Shown here: positions 21,001 to 32,145 of the stretch, piece after piece | How the letters are laid out: every line of letters begins with the position of its first letter | Numbering within the stretch: position 1 is the stretch's first letter | Translations under genes and position numbers: made by a program | Assembly: GCA_903860135.1 (NCBI GenBank) | Contig: CAIOPG010000007.1 | Span: 130,100-194,099, forward strand | Length of the DNA stretch: 64,000 nt | From: Candidatus Omnitrophota bacterium | GTDB taxonomy: Bacteria; Omnitrophota; Gorgyraeia; Zapsychrales; Fredricksoniimonadaceae | Direction of reading: 5' to 3' | Notes under the pieces: model-generated | The model's input: only the letters and a program-made list of their open reading frames with translations | The model's database searches: none | Told to the model about the DNA's origin: nothing

Positions 21001-22165
21001 GCGTGAATACGAGCGTTACCAGCTGCCGCAGGGGTCATCGATCAGCATTGCTGACGGGCAGGAAGTGGATAAAGGCATTATTTTCGCCAAATGGGATCCG
21101 TATACGATCCCGATCATCACGGAAGTTAAAGGTCAGGTTAATTTCGAGGATCTCATTGAAGACGTGACGGTGCGTGGTGAATTGAACCCGGTGACCGGTA
21201 TTACGGAGCGCGTGGTTGTCGATCACAAACAGGAATTCCACCCGCAGATCATTGTCACGACGGGAGCTGAGGTTGCAGGTATTTATTCCATCCCTGTCGG
21301 CGCGCACATTCTCGTCGGAGACAAGGCAACGATCGGTGCCGGTGAACTTATTGCTAAGATCCCTCGCGGTGTCCAGAAGACGCGCGATATTACCGGAGGT
21401 CTGCCGCGCGTCGCTGAGCTCTTTGAAGCCCGTCGCCCCAAAGATCCAGCCGTTATTTCTGAAATTGACGGGCTTGTCGAATTTGGTGAAGATCGCAAGG
21501 GCAACCGTACAATTATCGTGAAAAGTCCCACTGGCATGGCCAAAGAGTATGCCATACCGCATGGCAAGCATCCTACCGTTTATAAGGGGGACAAGGTTTT
21601 TGCCGGTCAGCAATTAACGGAAGGGCCTATTGTCCCACAGGATATTCTCCGTGTCAGCGGCGACAAAGTTCTTCAGGAGTACCTTTTGAACGAAGTGCAG
21701 GAAGTATATCGTTTACAGGGTGTCCGTATTAATGATAAACACATTGAGCTTATTATTTCTCAGATGCTCAAGAAAGTGCGCATTGACGACGCTGGCGATA
21801 CGCCATTTCTCGTCGGTGAACAGATCGACCGTAGTTCGTTCAAGAAGGCCAATGAAGCTGTGATGAAAAAGAAAGGCAAGCCAGCACAGGCCACGCCGAT
21901 GCTTTTGGGTATCACAAAGGTGTCTTTGTCGACGGAGAGTTTTATTTCTGCGGCAAGTTTCCAAGAAACAACAAGAGTCTTGACAGATGCAGCTTCATCT
22001 GGTAAGATTGACCTTCTTTCCGGGCTGAAAGAAAACGTTATCGTCGGGCATTTGATACCCGCGGGCACAGGTTTTCACACTTATAAAAATGTTGAAATGG
22101 TAAAGTATGCCGACAATACAGCAGTTGATCAGAAAGAGCAGAGTTCAGAAGGCGAAGAAAAGTAA
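18056..22165 (+). CDS. rpoC: RNA polymerase beta' subunit
   Basis: Zinc-finger Cys motifs, [42 protein letters not shown]. Confidence 0.99.
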   Translation: MKTEINIKNQDRISIKIASPEVIRSWSNGPVRKAETLNYRTLKPEKDGLFCERIFGPVRDWECNCGKYKGIKFKGITCDRCGVLVTRSSVRRERMGHIDLACAVTHIWFYKAVPSRLAALLQIGLRDLEKIIYYEEYVVIDPGTTPLKKKDLLSEDKFQDAISKFGGNFKAKIGADAVRELLRETDLVKLSKDLRKALEKSNPAGTNFKKISKTLKIVEDFKVSGNLAEWMVLDVLPVIPPDLRPLVPLEGGRFATSDLNDLYRRVINRNNRLKKLIDLNAPEIIVRNEKRMLQEAVDALLDNGRHGRPVLGSGNRPLKSLSDMLKGKQGRFRMNLLGKRVDYSGRSVIVVGPELSLHQCGLPKKMALELFEPFIIRKLRERGFVHTIKGAKRMVERANVEVWDILDEVIKDHPIMLNRAPTLHRLSIQAFQPVLIEGKAITLHPLVCTAFNADFDGDQMAVHIPLSLEAQTECRLQLLSVNNLFSPADGRPIVSPTQDIVLGLYYLTKERAGSKGEDKLFANRREVLVAYNDGLLEVHSRVRVRINILVWGDDNTSTVISTHAGTEKAVKIETANTVRVIETTVGRVIFNEQIHPAMGFVNVLLDKKKLGAVIADCYKKLGHYETVKLLDRVKGLGFRSATDAGISISMSDLTVPKEKEITLNSAKQEVAKVEDQYHKGVITGRERYNKIIDVWTHTTETISDMVFKKMDAFNPVFIMADSGARGSKLQIRQLSGMRGLMAKPSGEIIENPITASFREGLTVLEYFISTHGARKGLADTALKTADAGYLTRRLVDVAQEIVVSVDDCATINGIAVSAIIEGDEVVVPLKERIIGRVALDSIVDIVTDQRVVLAGEIISEEKASLIEQLGIEKVRIRSALTCEADIGVCAKCYGRNLATHRLVELGEAVGIIAAQSIGEPGTQLTMRTFHIGGTASRTVEQSFYRSKNKGELKYHQLRVVQKGNEYIVLNRNGSVSINNEYGREYERYQLPQGSSISIADGQEVDKGIIFAKWDPYTIPIITEVKGQVNFEDLIEDVTVRGELNPVTGITERVVVDHKQEFHPQIIVTTGAEVAGIYSIPVGAHILVGDKATIGAGELIAKIPRGVQKTRDITGGLPRVAELFEARRPKDPAVISEIDGLVEFGEDRKGNRTIIVKSPTGMAKEYAIPHGKHPTVYKGDKVFAGQQLTEGPIVPQDILRVSGDKVLQEYLLNEVQEVYRLQGVRINDKHIELIISQMLKKVRIDDAGDTPFLVGEQIDRSSFKKANEAVMKKKGKPAQATPMLLGITKVSLSTESFISAASFQETTRVLTDAASSGKIDLLSGLKENVIVGHLIPAGTGFHTYKNVEMVKYADNTAVDQKEQSSEGEEK

Positions 22166-22481
22166 GTCGCCCGCACTCGATGCTTGCCCGCAGAAACGCG
22201 GTGTTTGTTTACAGGTAAAGACGATGACTCCCAAGAAGCCCAATTCGGCGCTCCGGAAGATTGCACGTGTACGTCTTTCCAACAAAGTTGAAGTAACATC
22301 GTATATTCCCGGTGAAGGACATAATCTGCAGGAGCATTCGATTGTTCTTGTTCGCGGTGGCCGCGTAAAAGATCTTCCTGGCGTCCGCTATCATATGGTT
22401 CGCGGAACACTGGATACGGCGGGTGTAGCCAAGAGAAAGCAATCCCGTTCCAAGTACGGTACAAAGAGAGAGAAGTCATAA
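22107..22481 (+). CDS. rpsL: 30S ribosomal protein S12
   Basis: [32 protein letters not shown]; overlaps rpoC by 59 nt. Confidence 0.99.
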   Translation: MPTIQQLIRKSRVQKAKKSKSPALDACPQKRGVCLQVKTMTPKKPNSALRKIARVRLSNKVEVTSYIPGEGHNLQEHSIVLVRGGRVKDLPGVRYHMVRGTLDTAGVAKRKQSRSKYGTKREKS

Positions 22482-22483
22482 TC

Positions 22484-22954
22484 ATGAGAAGACGTCGTGC
22501 TGAAAAAAGAGAGGTAATGCTTGACCCCAAGTACAGCAGTGAGCTTGTTTCTCGGTTCATGAATGTAATCATGGAATCTGGAAAGAAGACTGTTGCGGAA
22601 GGCATTGTTTACGGAGCACTGGATATGTTGGCTCAGAAAGTAACAGAAGAGCCTGTACTTAAGGCGTTCAGCAAGGCTGTTGATAATGTTCGCCCGCGCG
22701 TAGAACTTAAAGCGCGTCGTGTTGGCGGTGCTACATATCAAGTTCCGATAGATGTCGCTCCATTGCGCGGCACGTCGCTTGCCTTACGCTGGATTCGTGA
22801 TTTTGCCCGTAAGAAAAAGGGTAAACCGATGGTTCAAAAACTTGCCGATGAACTTATTGCAGCCTATAAGCTTGAAGGTGCCGCAATTAAAAAGCGTGAT
22901 GAGACACACAAGATGGCAGAAGCGAATAAAGCATTTAGCCATTTCAGATGGTAA
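22484..22954 (+). CDS. rpsG: 30S ribosomal protein S7
   Basis: RRVGGATYQVP, HKMAEANKAFSHFRW. Confidence 0.98.
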   Translation: MRRRRAEKREVMLDPKYSSELVSRFMNVIMESGKKTVAEGIVYGALDMLAQKVTEEPVLKAFSKAVDNVRPRVELKARRVGGATYQVPIDVAPLRGTSLALRWIRDFARKKKGKPMVQKLADELIAAYKLEGAAIKKRDETHKMAEANKAFSHFRW

Positions 22955-22977
22955 AAAAATAACAGGTAATAGATAAA

Positions 22978-25086
22978 ATGGCAGTTAGTGAAAACGTTCC
23001 TTTAGATAAAGTTAGAAATATTGGTATTATCGCGCATATTGATGCAGGTAAAACCACGACAACAGAACGCATTCTTTATTATACCGGAATGATCCATAAG
23101 CTGGGCTCGGTTGACGAGGGTAATACCCAGATGGATTATATGGAACAGGAAAAAGAGCGTGGGATTACGATTGTTGCGGCCAATACGACTACCTATTGGA
23201 AAAATCATAAACTAAATATAATCGATACTCCAGGGCACGTTGACTTTACGATCGAAGTTGAACGTTCACTTAAGGTTCTTGATGGTGCGGTTGTAGTCCT
23301 TTGTGCTACTAGTGGCGTTCAGTCACAAACTGAAACAGTTTGGCGTCAAGCCGATCGTTATCATGTTCCTCGCATTGCTTTCATTAATAAAGTAGATAGA
23401 CTTGGTGCTGATTTTGACCGGGTTCTTGGACAAATTTATGAGCGCTTAGGGGCCAATGCGGCTGCTATCAATTTTCCTGATGCGCATGAAGATCAGTTTA
23501 AGGGGCTTATTGATGTTGTGGCAATGAAGCATGTTACATATGAAGATGCTGATGGTCTAAAAATGGTCGTGTCAGATATTCCCGAACACTTGAAAACAAA
23601 AGCGGCAGCTTATCGGCATACACTTATTGAAAAAGTGGGCGAAGCTGATGATGCGATCATGGAAAAGTATTTGAATGAAGAAGAAGTCTCAACTGAAGAG
23701 TTGATGGCAGGTATTCGCCGCAGCGTATTGAAAGCGAAGTTTCTTCCTGTTCTTGCGGGTACGGCTTTACGTAATCGTGGCGTTCAACTTGTTTTGGATG
23801 CGGCCATCAATTATTTACCGTCGCCTCTTGATGTGCCCCCGGTGAAGGTTTTTAATCCGAATAATGTTGAAAATATTACATATCGTAAACCCGACAATAG
23901 CGAACCGCTCACAGCGCTTGTTTTTAAAGTTGCGTCAGATCCTTATGTTGGTAAGATTTTTTATACCCGTATTTATTCAGGCGTTCTTACGTCTGGGGAA
24001 ACAGTATTAAACTCATCGGTCGATAAGAGAGAACGCATTTCCAAGTTACTGCTTATGCACGCCAATAAGCAGGAAATTATCCCTAAAGCTGGTGCCGGCG
24101 AAATTATTGCCGTAGTTGGATTAAAAGAAACAAAGAATGGTCATACCCTTTGTCATGATACTAATCCTGCTGTTTTAGAAGGCATGAGAATACCCGAACC
24201 TGTCGTTTCTATGGCGCTTGAACCAAAAACTAAAGCTGACCAAGACAAGTTGGGCATTATTCTTAGGAAATTTCTTGACGAAGATCCTTCATTGCGTGTG
24301 GAGTATGACCATGAAACATCTCAAACAATTATTTCAGGTATGGGCGAATTGCATTTGGAAATTATTATTGATCGCATGAAACGTGAGCACGGACTTGAAG
24401 CAAACATCGGTCGTCCTCAAGTTGCTTATAAAGAGGCCATTACACGCAAGGTTGAAGATGTCGTTGGAAAGTTTATTTCACAATCTGGCGGTCGAGGCCA
24501 ATATGGTCACGTTGTGATTGATGTTGCTCCTGCCGAGCGCGGTAAAGGTGTTACATTTATTGACAAGGTCGTCGGTGGGGTTATCCCGAGGGAATTTATT
24601 AAGTCCATCGAGCATGGCATTATGTCACAGTCAAAGAGCGGTATTCTGGCTGGGTATCCTGTTACGGATATAGTTGTAACACTGCACGATGGTTCTTATC
24701 ATGATGTCGACTCAAGTGATATTGCATTTCAGATGGCAGCTAAGATAGCTTTAAAGGAAGCACTTTTAAAGGGTGGTTCGAGTTTTCAAGAACCGATCAT
24801 GGCTGTCGAAGTTTCATCACCTGAAGAATTTATGGGTTCCGTTATTGGTGATTTGAATACGCGTCGTGCCAAGATCACCGAATTAACAAGTATTGGTAAT
24901 CTTAAAATTGCACGTGCGGATGTACCACTCGCTGAAATGTTCAATTATGCTAATGCACAACGCTCGCTTACGCAGGGACGTGCTAGTTTTTCGATGGAAC
25001 CTTCTTACTACGCCCAGGTTCCTAATAATGTTGCAGAGAAGATCATCGGGGCGCGTCAGGATTATTTAAGTAGCAGAAAAAAGTAA
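22978..25086 (+). CDS. fusA: elongation factor G
   Basis: AHIDAGKTTTTERIL, DTPGHVDF, GMGELHLEI, QSGGRGQYGHV; str operon position. Confidence 0.98.
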   Translation: MAVSENVPLDKVRNIGIIAHIDAGKTTTTERILYYTGMIHKLGSVDEGNTQMDYMEQEKERGITIVAANTTTYWKNHKLNIIDTPGHVDFTIEVERSLKVLDGAVVVLCATSGVQSQTETVWRQADRYHVPRIAFINKVDRLGADFDRVLGQIYERLGANAAAINFPDAHEDQFKGLIDVVAMKHVTYEDADGLKMVVSDIPEHLKTKAAAYRHTLIEKVGEADDAIMEKYLNEEEVSTEELMAGIRRSVLKAKFLPVLAGTALRNRGVQLVLDAAINYLPSPLDVPPVKVFNPNNVENITYRKPDNSEPLTALVFKVASDPYVGKIFYTRIYSGVLTSGETVLNSSVDKRERISKLLLMHANKQEIIPKAGAGEIIAVVGLKETKNGHTLCHDTNPAVLEGMRIPEPVVSMALEPKTKADQDKLGIILRKFLDEDPSLRVEYDHETSQTIISGMGELHLEIIIDRMKREHGLEANIGRPQVAYKEAITRKVEDVVGKFISQSGGRGQYGHVVIDVAPAERGKGVTFIDKVVGGVIPREFIKSIEHGIMSQSKSGILAGYPVTDIVVTLHDGSYHDVDSSDIAFQMAAKIALKEALLKGGSSFQEPIMAVEVSSPEEFMGSVIGDLNTRRAKITELTSIGNLKIARADVPLAEMFNYANAQRSLTQGRASFSMEPSYYAQVPNNVAEKIIGARQDYLSSRKK

Positions 25087-25119
25087 TATAGTTGTTACTC
25101 GAAAAGGGAGGATTACATC

Positions 25120-26313
25120 ATGGCTAAAGAAAAATTCGAAAGAAATAAACCGCATTTGAACATTGGTACGATTGGTCACGTTGACCATGGTAAGACGACT
25201 CTTTCGTCTGCTATCACATGTGTTCTTGCTGAAAAGGGATTAGCTAAAGCACGTGCGTATGATTCGATTGATAATGCACCTGAAGAAAAAGAGCGTGGTG
25301 TTACAATTAATATCGCTCATTTAGAGTACCAGACTGAGAATCGTCATTATGCCCATATCGATTGCCCAGGACACGCGGATTATATCAAAAATATGATCAC
25401 GGGTGCTGCGCAGATGGATGGTGCTATTCTTGTTGTCTCTGCGACGGACGGTGCGATGCCTCAGACACGTGAGCACATTTTGTTGGCGCGTCAGGTGAAT
25501 GTACCGCGCATTGTTGTTTTCCTTAATAAGTGCGATACCGCTGATCCGGAGCTTCTTGATCTTGTTGAAATGGAAATTCGTGATCTTCTTACAAAGTACA
25601 AGTTTGATGGTGATAATGCGCCAGTCATTCGTGGATCAGCACTTGAAGCGTTGAATAATCCGAAAGATTTTGCTGGAAAGTCTAAGTGTATCCTCGATTT
25701 AATGGCAGCTGTTGATGCCTGGATACCGATGCCTGTGCGTGAACTTGACAAACCGTTTTTGATGGCTGTCGAAGATATCTTTTCGATCTCTGGTCGTGGT
25801 ACGGTCGCTACTGGTCGTATTGAGCGCGGCATTGTTAAGGTTGGACAGGATGCCGATATCGTAGGTCTTCGCCCTGAAATTGGCAAGACAACGGTTACAG
25901 GTGTTGAAATGTTCCGTAAAGAACTTGATCAGGGACAAGCTGGTGACAACGTTGGACTTTTACTTCGTGGTGTCGATAAAGAGACCATTGAACGCGGTAT
26001 GGTTTTAGCGTTTCCGGGATCTATTAAACCACACAAGAAGTTTAAGTGTTCTGTTTATATCTTGACCAAGGAAGAAGGCGGTCGGCACACACCTTTTTTC
26101 AAAGGATATCGACCACAGTTTTATTTCCGCACGACGGACGTAACAGGGACTGCTGAACTTCCTGCTGGTGTTGAAATGTGCATGCCTGGCGATAATGTTG
26201 TTTTGACTGTTGAGCTTATTGTTCCTGTGGCTTGCGAAAAAGAATTGCGTTTTGCGATCCGTGAAGGTGGCAAGACGGTAGGTGCTGGCGTAGTATCTGA
26301 AATTATTGAATAA
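25120..26313 (+). CDS. tuf: elongation factor Tu
   Basis: [44 protein letters not shown]. Confidence 0.99.
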   Translation: MAKEKFERNKPHLNIGTIGHVDHGKTTLSSAITCVLAEKGLAKARAYDSIDNAPEEKERGVTINIAHLEYQTENRHYAHIDCPGHADYIKNMITGAAQMDGAILVVSATDGAMPQTREHILLARQVNVPRIVVFLNKCDTADPELLDLVEMEIRDLLTKYKFDGDNAPVIRGSALEALNNPKDFAGKSKCILDLMAAVDAWIPMPVRELDKPFLMAVEDIFSISGRGTVATGRIERGIVKVGQDADIVGLRPEIGKTTVTGVEMFRKELDQGQAGDNVGLLLRGVDKETIERGMVLAFPGSIKPHKKFKCSVYILTKEEGGRHTPFFKGYRPQFYFRTTDVTGTAELPAGVEMCMPGDNVVLTVELIVPVACEKELRFAIREGGKTVGAGVVSEIIE

Positions 26314-26318
26314 GGCAT

Positions 26319-26384
26319 CACGACCCCGTCGTGGAGCGCCTGCTCGATAGCAGGCAGGAAATCCCGGACCTATGATTGCGGGAT
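26319..26384 (+). promoter_or_regulatory. structured leader upstream of rpsJ (three hairpins)
   Basis: CACGAC-CCC-GTCGTG; GCCTGCT-CGAT-AGCAGGC; ATCCCG-N12-CGGGAT. Confidence 0.5.
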
Positions 26385-26409
26385 AACAAAACGAAGGTAG
26401 TAACGTCAC

Positions 26410-26712
26410 ATGCAGAAGATACGTATCAAACTAAAAGCGTATGATCACCGACTAATAGATCAGTCAACCCAGGAGATTGTGGATACAGCGATACGGACTG
26501 GTGCGAAGGTTCATGGTCCAGTGCCACTGCCCACAAAGAAGGAATTGTATACAGTTCTTCGTTCTCCGGTTATTGATAAAAAGTCTCGTGAACAGTTCGG
26601 TCTTGCGACACATAAGCGGCTCATTGATCTTGTTGAGCCGACATCAAAGACCGTTGAGGCCTTAAGGAAATTGAACCTTCCCGCTGGCGTGGATGTTGAA
26701 ATCAAACAATAA
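26410..26712 (+). CDS. rpsJ: 30S ribosomal protein S10
   Basis: [32 protein letters not shown]. Confidence 0.98.
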   Translation: MQKIRIKLKAYDHRLIDQSTQEIVDTAIRTGAKVHGPVPLPTKKELYTVLRSPVIDKKSREQFGLATHKRLIDLVEPTSKTVEALRKLNLPAGVDVEIKQ

Positions 26713-26727
26713 AAGTTGGTAGTAAGT

Positions 26728-27441
26728 ATGATCAGTGGATTGTTGGGTAAAAAAATAGGCATGACACAGATTTTTGATAAAGAGGGTAATGTTATTCCTG
26801 TAACAGCTCTCGAAGTAGGACCTTGTTTTGTTCTCGGTCTTAAAGATAAACCAGCTAAAATAGTCTTGGGTTTTGATGAGATCAAAGAATCCAAGTGCAC
26901 TAAACCACGCTTAGGTTTTTTTAAAAAGTGTCTTTCTCCGGCACTGCGTACTGTTAAAGAATTCAAGTCAACTGATAATTCAATTTATCAAGTAGGACAA
27001 CAGTTAAAAGCTGATCTTTTTCAGGCTGGAGATTATGTAAGTGTGGTCGGAACTTCTATTGGTAAAGGGTTTCAGGGCGGTATTAAGCGCTGGAACTGGC
27101 ACGGAGGCGACGCGGGGCATGGTTCTATGCACCACAGACGAATTGGCTCTAATGGTGCTAATACATATCCAGGACGAGTTTTGCTGGGTAAGAATATGCC
27201 CGGACATATGGGCGATGACAAAGTAACAGTACAAAACCTTCGTGTTATGCAAGTTAATCTTGATGAAAATATGATACTTGTAAAAGGTGCTGTCCCCGGA
27301 TGTAAAAATGGTCTTTTGGTCATTGAAAAATCTTTCAAGAAACAGTTTAAATCATTTGATGAAGTAAAAGAAGTTGTTGTACACAAAAAGAACCCAATGA
27401 AGCAAGCCAAAGCAGCGGCAAAGGGTAAGTCGAAGAAATAA
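26728..27441 (+). CDS. rplC: 50S ribosomal protein L3
   Basis: GLLGKKIGMTQIF, GKGFQGGIKRW, MPGHMG; Lys-rich C-terminal tail. Confidence 0.98.
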   Translation: MISGLLGKKIGMTQIFDKEGNVIPVTALEVGPCFVLGLKDKPAKIVLGFDEIKESKCTKPRLGFFKKCLSPALRTVKEFKSTDNSIYQVGQQLKADLFQAGDYVSVVGTSIGKGFQGGIKRWNWHGGDAGHGSMHHRRIGSNGANTYPGRVLLGKNMPGHMGDDKVTVQNLRVMQVNLDENMILVKGAVPGCKNGLLVIEKSFKKQFKSFDEVKEVVVHKKNPMKQAKAAAKGKSKK

Positions 27442-27508
27442 TTTTAAGTTTTTAGAAAAGCACGAAGGCTTAATTTAAAGCTTTCAACAGGATAAGGTAA
27501 AGGAAGTA

Positions 27509-28132
27509 ATGCCTAAGCTCACAGTTTATAATATTGCAGGCAAAGAGACCGGATCAATTGACTTGCCGGAAATGTTCAGTACAGATGTTAACGATGCGGT
27601 TATTCATCAAGCCGTCGTTATGTATCAGGCAAATAAGCGTCAGGGAAATGCTGATACTAAAATTCGTTCTGAAATTTCTGGTGGTAATAAAAAGCCATTT
27701 CGTCAGAAGGGAACGGGTCGTGCCAGACAAGGTTCATCGCGTTCACCTTTAATGCGGCATGGTGGTGTTGTATTCGGTCCACAACCCCGTGACTATAGTT
27801 ATACATTGCCACAAAAAGTTCGTACTGCTGCGTTAACTGAGGTGTTGAAGGCTAAATTTAAAACTGATTCATTGGTTTGTGTTGACAACATGATCGTTGA
27901 TTCAGGCAAGACAAAAGATTTCGTTGACATTTTGAATATTTTTAAAATTGCTAACGGAAAAGTTGTTGCTTTGTTTGATGATTGCGGTGAGGGAGTTGTG
28001 CGTGCTTCACGTAATTTGGCCCGCGTTAATATATTACGTTCTGCTGATGTCAATGCGCTGGATATTATCAAGAACAACAAAGTCTTGGCAACAAAATCTG
28101 CCATGGAAAAACTTCTGAAGAGATTACAATGA
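27509..28132 (+). CDS. rplD: 50S ribosomal protein L4
   Basis: KPFRQKGTGRARQGSSRSP, GGVVFGPQPRDY. Confidence 0.98.
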   Translation: MPKLTVYNIAGKETGSIDLPEMFSTDVNDAVIHQAVVMYQANKRQGNADTKIRSEISGGNKKPFRQKGTGRARQGSSRSPLMRHGGVVFGPQPRDYSYTLPQKVRTAALTEVLKAKFKTDSLVCVDNMIVDSGKTKDFVDILNIFKIANGKVVALFDDCGEGVVRASRNLARVNILRSADVNALDIIKNNKVLATKSAMEKLLKRLQ

Positions 28133-28404
28133 TAAGTCATGAGGTTATTAAGAATTTACTTCGCACTGAAAAAATTGCGGCCATTGAAAAAGCAAGGCAA
28201 TATGTTTTTCGGGTTGCAGTAACTTCAACTAAACCCGAGATTAAAAAGGCTGTTGAAGCTATTTATAAAGTCAAGGTTGGGTCTGTTAATGTTATTAACG
28301 TTCCCGGGAAGAGGAAGCGTGTCCGTACGCGTTACGGTTACACTGCTGATTGGAAAAAAGCCGTTGTCACTCTTCACGAGGGCAATAAGATCGAGGTAGC
28401 CTGA
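28129..28404 (+). CDS. rplW: 50S ribosomal protein L23
   Basis: [24 protein letters not shown]. Confidence 0.97.
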   Translation: MISHEVIKNLLRTEKIAAIEKARQYVFRVAVTSTKPEIKKAVEAIYKVKVGSVNVINVPGKRKRVRTRYGYTADWKKAVVTLHEGNKIEVA

Positions 28405-28406
28405 AC

Positions 28407-29246
28407 ATGGGTATCAAGCGTTTTAAACCCACAACACCTGGTGTTCGCCACGCAGCTCTTTGTGATTTTAGCGAGTTGACAAAGTTTACTCCAGAAAAGT
28501 CACTTTTAGCACCGTTGAAGAAGTCTGGCGGCAGGAATAACTATGGTCGTATAACATCACGTCATCGTGGCGGCGGTCATAAAAGGATGTATAGACTAGT
28601 TGATTTTAAAAGAAGTCGTTATGATGATCCGGCCATTGTGCTCGGGATTGAGTATGATCCCAATAGAACGACACGCATTGCGTTAATACAATACAAGAGC
28701 GATAATTCGAAAAGCTATATATTAGCTCCTTTGGATCTTAAAGTTGGCGAAGTCATTGTAAGTTCTAATGGTGACAACGTTGAAATCAAAGCTGGTAATG
28801 CCATACCGTTGTCTAAGATACCACTAGGTACCGCTGTTCACAATATTGAGCTTTATGCTGGTCGTGGTGGTAAAATTGCACGCTCTGCTGGTTCTTCAGC
28901 ACAGCTCATTGCTAAAGAGGGTGGGATCGCCCATTTAAGAATGCCCTCAAGTGAAATGCGTAAGGTCATGAGCAATTGCCGTGCGACGATTGGTCAATTA
29001 TCCAACGTTGAGCATGAAACACAGTCTATCGGTAAGGCAGGTCGCAATCGGTGGAAAGGTATTCGCGGTCAATCTCGCGGTGTGGTTATGAATCCCGTGG
29101 ATCATCCGCACGGTGGTGGTGAAGGTAAAACGCCCCAAGGTAATCCTCACCCTGTAACACCTTGGGGTAAACCGACAAAGGGTTATAAAACGCGTACACC
29201 TGGTAAATATTCAGACCAGTTCATTGTTAAGAGAAGGACGAAGTAA
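28407..29246 (+). CDS. rplB: 50S ribosomal protein L2
   Basis: [29 protein letters not shown]. Confidence 0.99.
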   Translation: MGIKRFKPTTPGVRHAALCDFSELTKFTPEKSLLAPLKKSGGRNNYGRITSRHRGGGHKRMYRLVDFKRSRYDDPAIVLGIEYDPNRTTRIALIQYKSDNSKSYILAPLDLKVGEVIVSSNGDNVEIKAGNAIPLSKIPLGTAVHNIELYAGRGGKIARSAGSSAQLIAKEGGIAHLRMPSSEMRKVMSNCRATIGQLSNVEHETQSIGKAGRNRWKGIRGQSRGVVMNPVDHPHGGGEGKTPQGNPHPVTPWGKPTKGYKTRTPGKYSDQFIVKRRTK

Positions 29247-29247
29247 T

Positions 29248-29535
29248 ATGACACGTTCAATTTCTAAAGGACCGTATCTTGAAGAATCTTTGAAGAGAAA
29301 GTTTGACAAGATGATTGCTTCAGGGGTCAAGCAGCCGATTAAAACATGGTCGCGGCGCTCTACAATTCTCCCTGATTTTGTAAGCTATACTTTTGCTGTT
29401 CATAATGGACGTAAACATATTCCTGTTTTCGTAACAGAAAACATGGTAGGGTTCAAGCTCGGGGAATTTGCTCCGACAAGGACATTCAAGGCGCATGGCG
29501 GCATTAAGGCTAAAAAAGCCGCTGTTAAGAAATAA
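29248..29535 (+). CDS. rpsS: 30S ribosomal protein S19
   Basis: [30 protein letters not shown]. Confidence 0.98.
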   Translation: MTRSISKGPYLEESLKRKFDKMIASGVKQPIKTWSRRSTILPDFVSYTFAVHNGRKHIPVFVTENMVGFKLGEFAPTRTFKAHGGIKAKKAAVKK

Positions 29536-29549
29536 TTAAAGGTAAAAAA

Positions 29550-29885
29550 ATGATTGCCAGAGCCCAAGGTCGTTATCTAAGAGTATCGCCAACAAAGGTC
29601 AGACAAATTCTTGATCTGATCCGTGGTAAAAGTGTTCCTGTAGCGCAAACAATTTTGGCGCATTTGAACAAGCCGACAAAAGAAAAGATTGTCAAGGTTT
29701 TTGATTCTGCGGTAGCGAATGCCAAGCAAAAAGGTGTTTCAGAAGATCAGCTAGTGGTGTCAAGAATTACGGCCGATCAAGGGCCTGTCTGGAAGCGTTT
29801 TCACGCAGCCACGTTTGGTCGCGCGACGGAAATCCTCAAGAAGACCACGCATTTAACCGTGGAACTTGATCTCAAGGTCAGATAA
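29550..29885 (+). CDS. rplV: 50S ribosomal protein L22
   Basis: RVSPTKVRQILDLIRGK, SAVANA, ADQGP. Confidence 0.97.
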   Translation: MIARAQGRYLRVSPTKVRQILDLIRGKSVPVAQTILAHLNKPTKEKIVKVFDSAVANAKQKGVSEDQLVVSRITADQGPVWKRFHAATFGRATEILKKTTHLTVELDLKVR

Positions 29886-29900
29886 ATAGGGGTATTGAAA

Positions 29901-30551
29901 GTGGGCCAAAAAGTCAGTCCTGTCGTTTTAAGAATCGGTATTAATAAGAATTGGCGGAGTGTGTGGTTTGCAGATCCTAAAGATTTTGCACGCAATATTG
30001 AGGAAGATTTTAAAATTCGTCAATACATCCGCAAGAAGTTTGTTCAAGGTGCAGTGGCACTCGTTGAGATTGAACGTCTGGCTAACCAGATTAAGATCCG
30101 TATTTCTACAGCAAGGCCAGGTGTGATCATCGGACGACGCGGTGCGGATATTGACCGTCTTCGGCAGGATCTTTCTAAAATCACAACAAAAGAAATCACT
30201 GTCGATATTAAGGAAATCAAGAATCCTGCTATTGATGCTCAGTTAGTAGCGCAAGGTGTTGCTTTCCAGATGGAAAAACGTGTAGGTTTTAGGCGTGCCA
30301 TGAAGCGCGCGGTTGAGCAAACTATTCAAGCTGGCGGCAAAGGTGTTAAAATTATTGTTTCCGGACGACTTGACGGTGCCGAAATTGCCCGTCGCGAAAA
30401 GTATCATATCGGCAAGATTCCTTTACAAACGTTCCGCGCTGATATAGATTATGGCTTTTGCGAAGCGGTAACAACGTTTGGTTGTATTGGAGTGAAAGTT
30501 TGGATTTATAAAGGTGATACGATCAAGGATGCTCGCAAAGTCGAAGCTTAA
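29901..30551 (+). CDS. rpsC: 30S ribosomal protein S3
   Basis: GTG start (M)GQKVSP; [34 protein letters not shown]. Confidence 0.98.
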   Translation: MGQKVSPVVLRIGINKNWRSVWFADPKDFARNIEEDFKIRQYIRKKFVQGAVALVEIERLANQIKIRISTARPGVIIGRRGADIDRLRQDLSKITTKEITVDIKEIKNPAIDAQLVAQGVAFQMEKRVGFRRAMKRAVEQTIQAGGKGVKIIVSGRLDGAEIARREKYHIGKIPLQTFRADIDYGFCEAVTTFGCIGVKVWIYKGDTIKDARKVEA

Positions 30552-30562
30552 GGAGTCAGATC

Positions 30563-30982
30563 ATGGCATTAATGCCTAAAAGAGTAAAGTATCGTAAAGC
30601 ACAGAAAGGCAAATGCCGCGGGATTGCCTGTACAGGTTCAAAGTTATCTTTTGGTGAGTATGGTTTAAAGGCTCTTGACAACGGGCTTATCCGTTCTAAT
30701 CATATTGAAGCATGTCGTGTTGCTATGGTTCGTAAGTTGCGTGGAGCAGGTAAATTATGGATAAACATTTTCCCGCACAAGCCAGTTACAAAGAAACCTG
30801 CCGAAACACGTATGGGTAAGGGGAAAGGTGATCTTGACCATTGGGTCGCTGTAGTAAAACGTGGGCGCGTAATTTTTGAAATCAGCGGTGTTCCTGAAGA
30901 TTTTGCTAAGAGTCTTTTGAGGCTTGTAGCGTTCAAGCTTCCGATCAAGACCAAATTCGTAACCCGTTCGAAAAAGGTCTAA
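30563..30982 (+). CDS. rplP: 50S ribosomal protein L16
   Basis: [31 protein letters not shown]. Confidence 0.98.
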   Translation: MALMPKRVKYRKAQKGKCRGIACTGSKLSFGEYGLKALDNGLIRSNHIEACRVAMVRKLRGAGKLWINIFPHKPVTKKPAETRMGKGKGDLDHWVAVVKRGRVIFEISGVPEDFAKSLLRLVAFKLPIKTKFVTRSKKV

Positions 30983-30991
30983 TAAAAATCT

Positions 30992-31204
30992 ATGAAAGTC
31001 AAAGAACTAAGAGATCAGGGTTTACTAGAACTTAATCAAAGAGTAGATAATCTTAAAAAAGAGATTTTTACTTTGAGGCAAGAAAAAACAGTTTCTGGGA
31101 AGTCAGAAAAACCTTCACGTTTTAAAGTGGCCAAGAAAGAGATTGCTCGTATTCAGACGATCCTTAACGAAAGAAAGAATCAAGATGGAAAAAAGAATAA
31201 ATAA
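30992..31204 (+). CDS. rpmC: 50S ribosomal protein L29
   Basis: MKVKELR...KKEIARIQTILNER; operon position. Confidence 0.95.
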   Translation: MKVKELRDQGLLELNQRVDNLKKEIFTLRQEKTVSGKSEKPSRFKVAKKEIARIQTILNERKNQDGKKNK

Positions 31205-31466
31205 ACGTAAGACAATGACCGGCAAGGTTGTCAGTGACAAGATGATGAAAACACGTGTTGTTGAAATCGGCACGACTGTGCGTCATGCAAAGTATGGTAA
31301 GTTGATGAACCAGACTTCAAGGTATAAGTCTCACGATGAAAAGAATGAGACAAACACCGGTGATGTTGTTGAGATCATGTCATCACGTCCCATATCCAAG
31401 GATAAGCGCTGGGTTATTACACGCGTTGTTTCCAAGAGTAAGGATAAAGAAGGGATTTTGATATGA
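31185..31466 (+). CDS. rpsQ: 30S ribosomal protein S17
   Basis: GKVVSDKMMKT, HDEKNE, RPISKDKRW. Confidence 0.97.
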   Translation: MEKRINKRKTMTGKVVSDKMMKTRVVEIGTTVRHAKYGKLMNQTSRYKSHDEKNETNTGDVVEIMSSRPISKDKRWVITRVVSKSKDKEGILI

Positions 31467-31831
31467 TTCAGATGAAAACCCTTTTACAAGTTGCGGATAA
31501 TACCGGTGCGCGCATTGCGTCAGTTATCGGTGTATTAAACGCAAAAGGTAAGCTTTCCGCTAGAATTGGCGACATCGTCCGCGTTAATATAAAAGAATCA
31601 ACACCTGACGCGTCAGTGAAAAAAGGTCAAAAAGCAAAGGGTGTTATCGTTCGTACGAAAATGCCAATTCGACGTACTGATGGAACCTATGTTCGTTTTG
31701 ATAGTAATGCTGTTGTTTTAATCGATGATGGTGGTAATCCCAAAGGCACACGTGTTTTTGGTCCTGTGGCACGCGAATTACGGAACATGGAATACATGAA
31801 GATCATTTCTTTAGCCCCCGAGGTAGTCTAA
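31463..31831 (+). CDS. rplN: 50S ribosomal protein L14
   Basis: VADNTGA, GTRVFGPVARELR, IISLAPEVV. Confidence 0.98.
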   Translation: MIQMKTLLQVADNTGARIASVIGVLNAKGKLSARIGDIVRVNIKESTPDASVKKGQKAKGVIVRTKMPIRRTDGTYVRFDSNAVVLIDDGGNPKGTRVFGPVARELRNMEYMKIISLAPEVV

Positions 31832-32142
31832 TGTTGCGCATTAAACGTGATGACAAGGTTATCGTTATTGCTGGTAAAGATAAAGGTAAGGCTGGTAAGG
31901 TCATTAAGGTTTTAACAGGCAAGAACCAAGTTGTGGTTGAAAATGTAAATCTTGCGAAAAAAGCTGTTAAAAAAAGTGATCAGTACCCCAGTGGTGGTTT
32001 CATCGATCTTGAGCGTCCAGTAAATATTTCAAATGTAATGCTCTGTGATGCTAAAACCAACAAACCTGCTCGTTTTGGATCTAATGTGTTAAAAGATGGG
32101 TCAAAAGTTCGCATCTGTAAAAAGAGCGGCGAAACAATCTAA
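31831..32142 (+). CDS. rplX: 50S ribosomal protein L24
   Basis: KOW motif VIAGKDKGKAG, ISNVML. Confidence 0.97.
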   Translation: MLRIKRDDKVIVIAGKDKGKAGKVIKVLTGKNQVVVENVNLAKKAVKKSDQYPSGGFIDLERPVNISNVMLCDAKTNKPARFGSNVLKDGSKVRICKKSGETI

Positions 32143-32145
32143 GAG

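Noticed and set aside
22978-25086. Divergent EF-G switch-I region (DYMEQEKERGITIVAANTT)
   Set aside because: All G motifs are intact and the gene is in the canonical str position; ordinary lineage divergence
27464-27485. Hairpin GAAGGCTT/AAGCTTTC between rplC and rplD
   Set aside because: A single weak stem in AT-rich DNA without a U tract; could be chance
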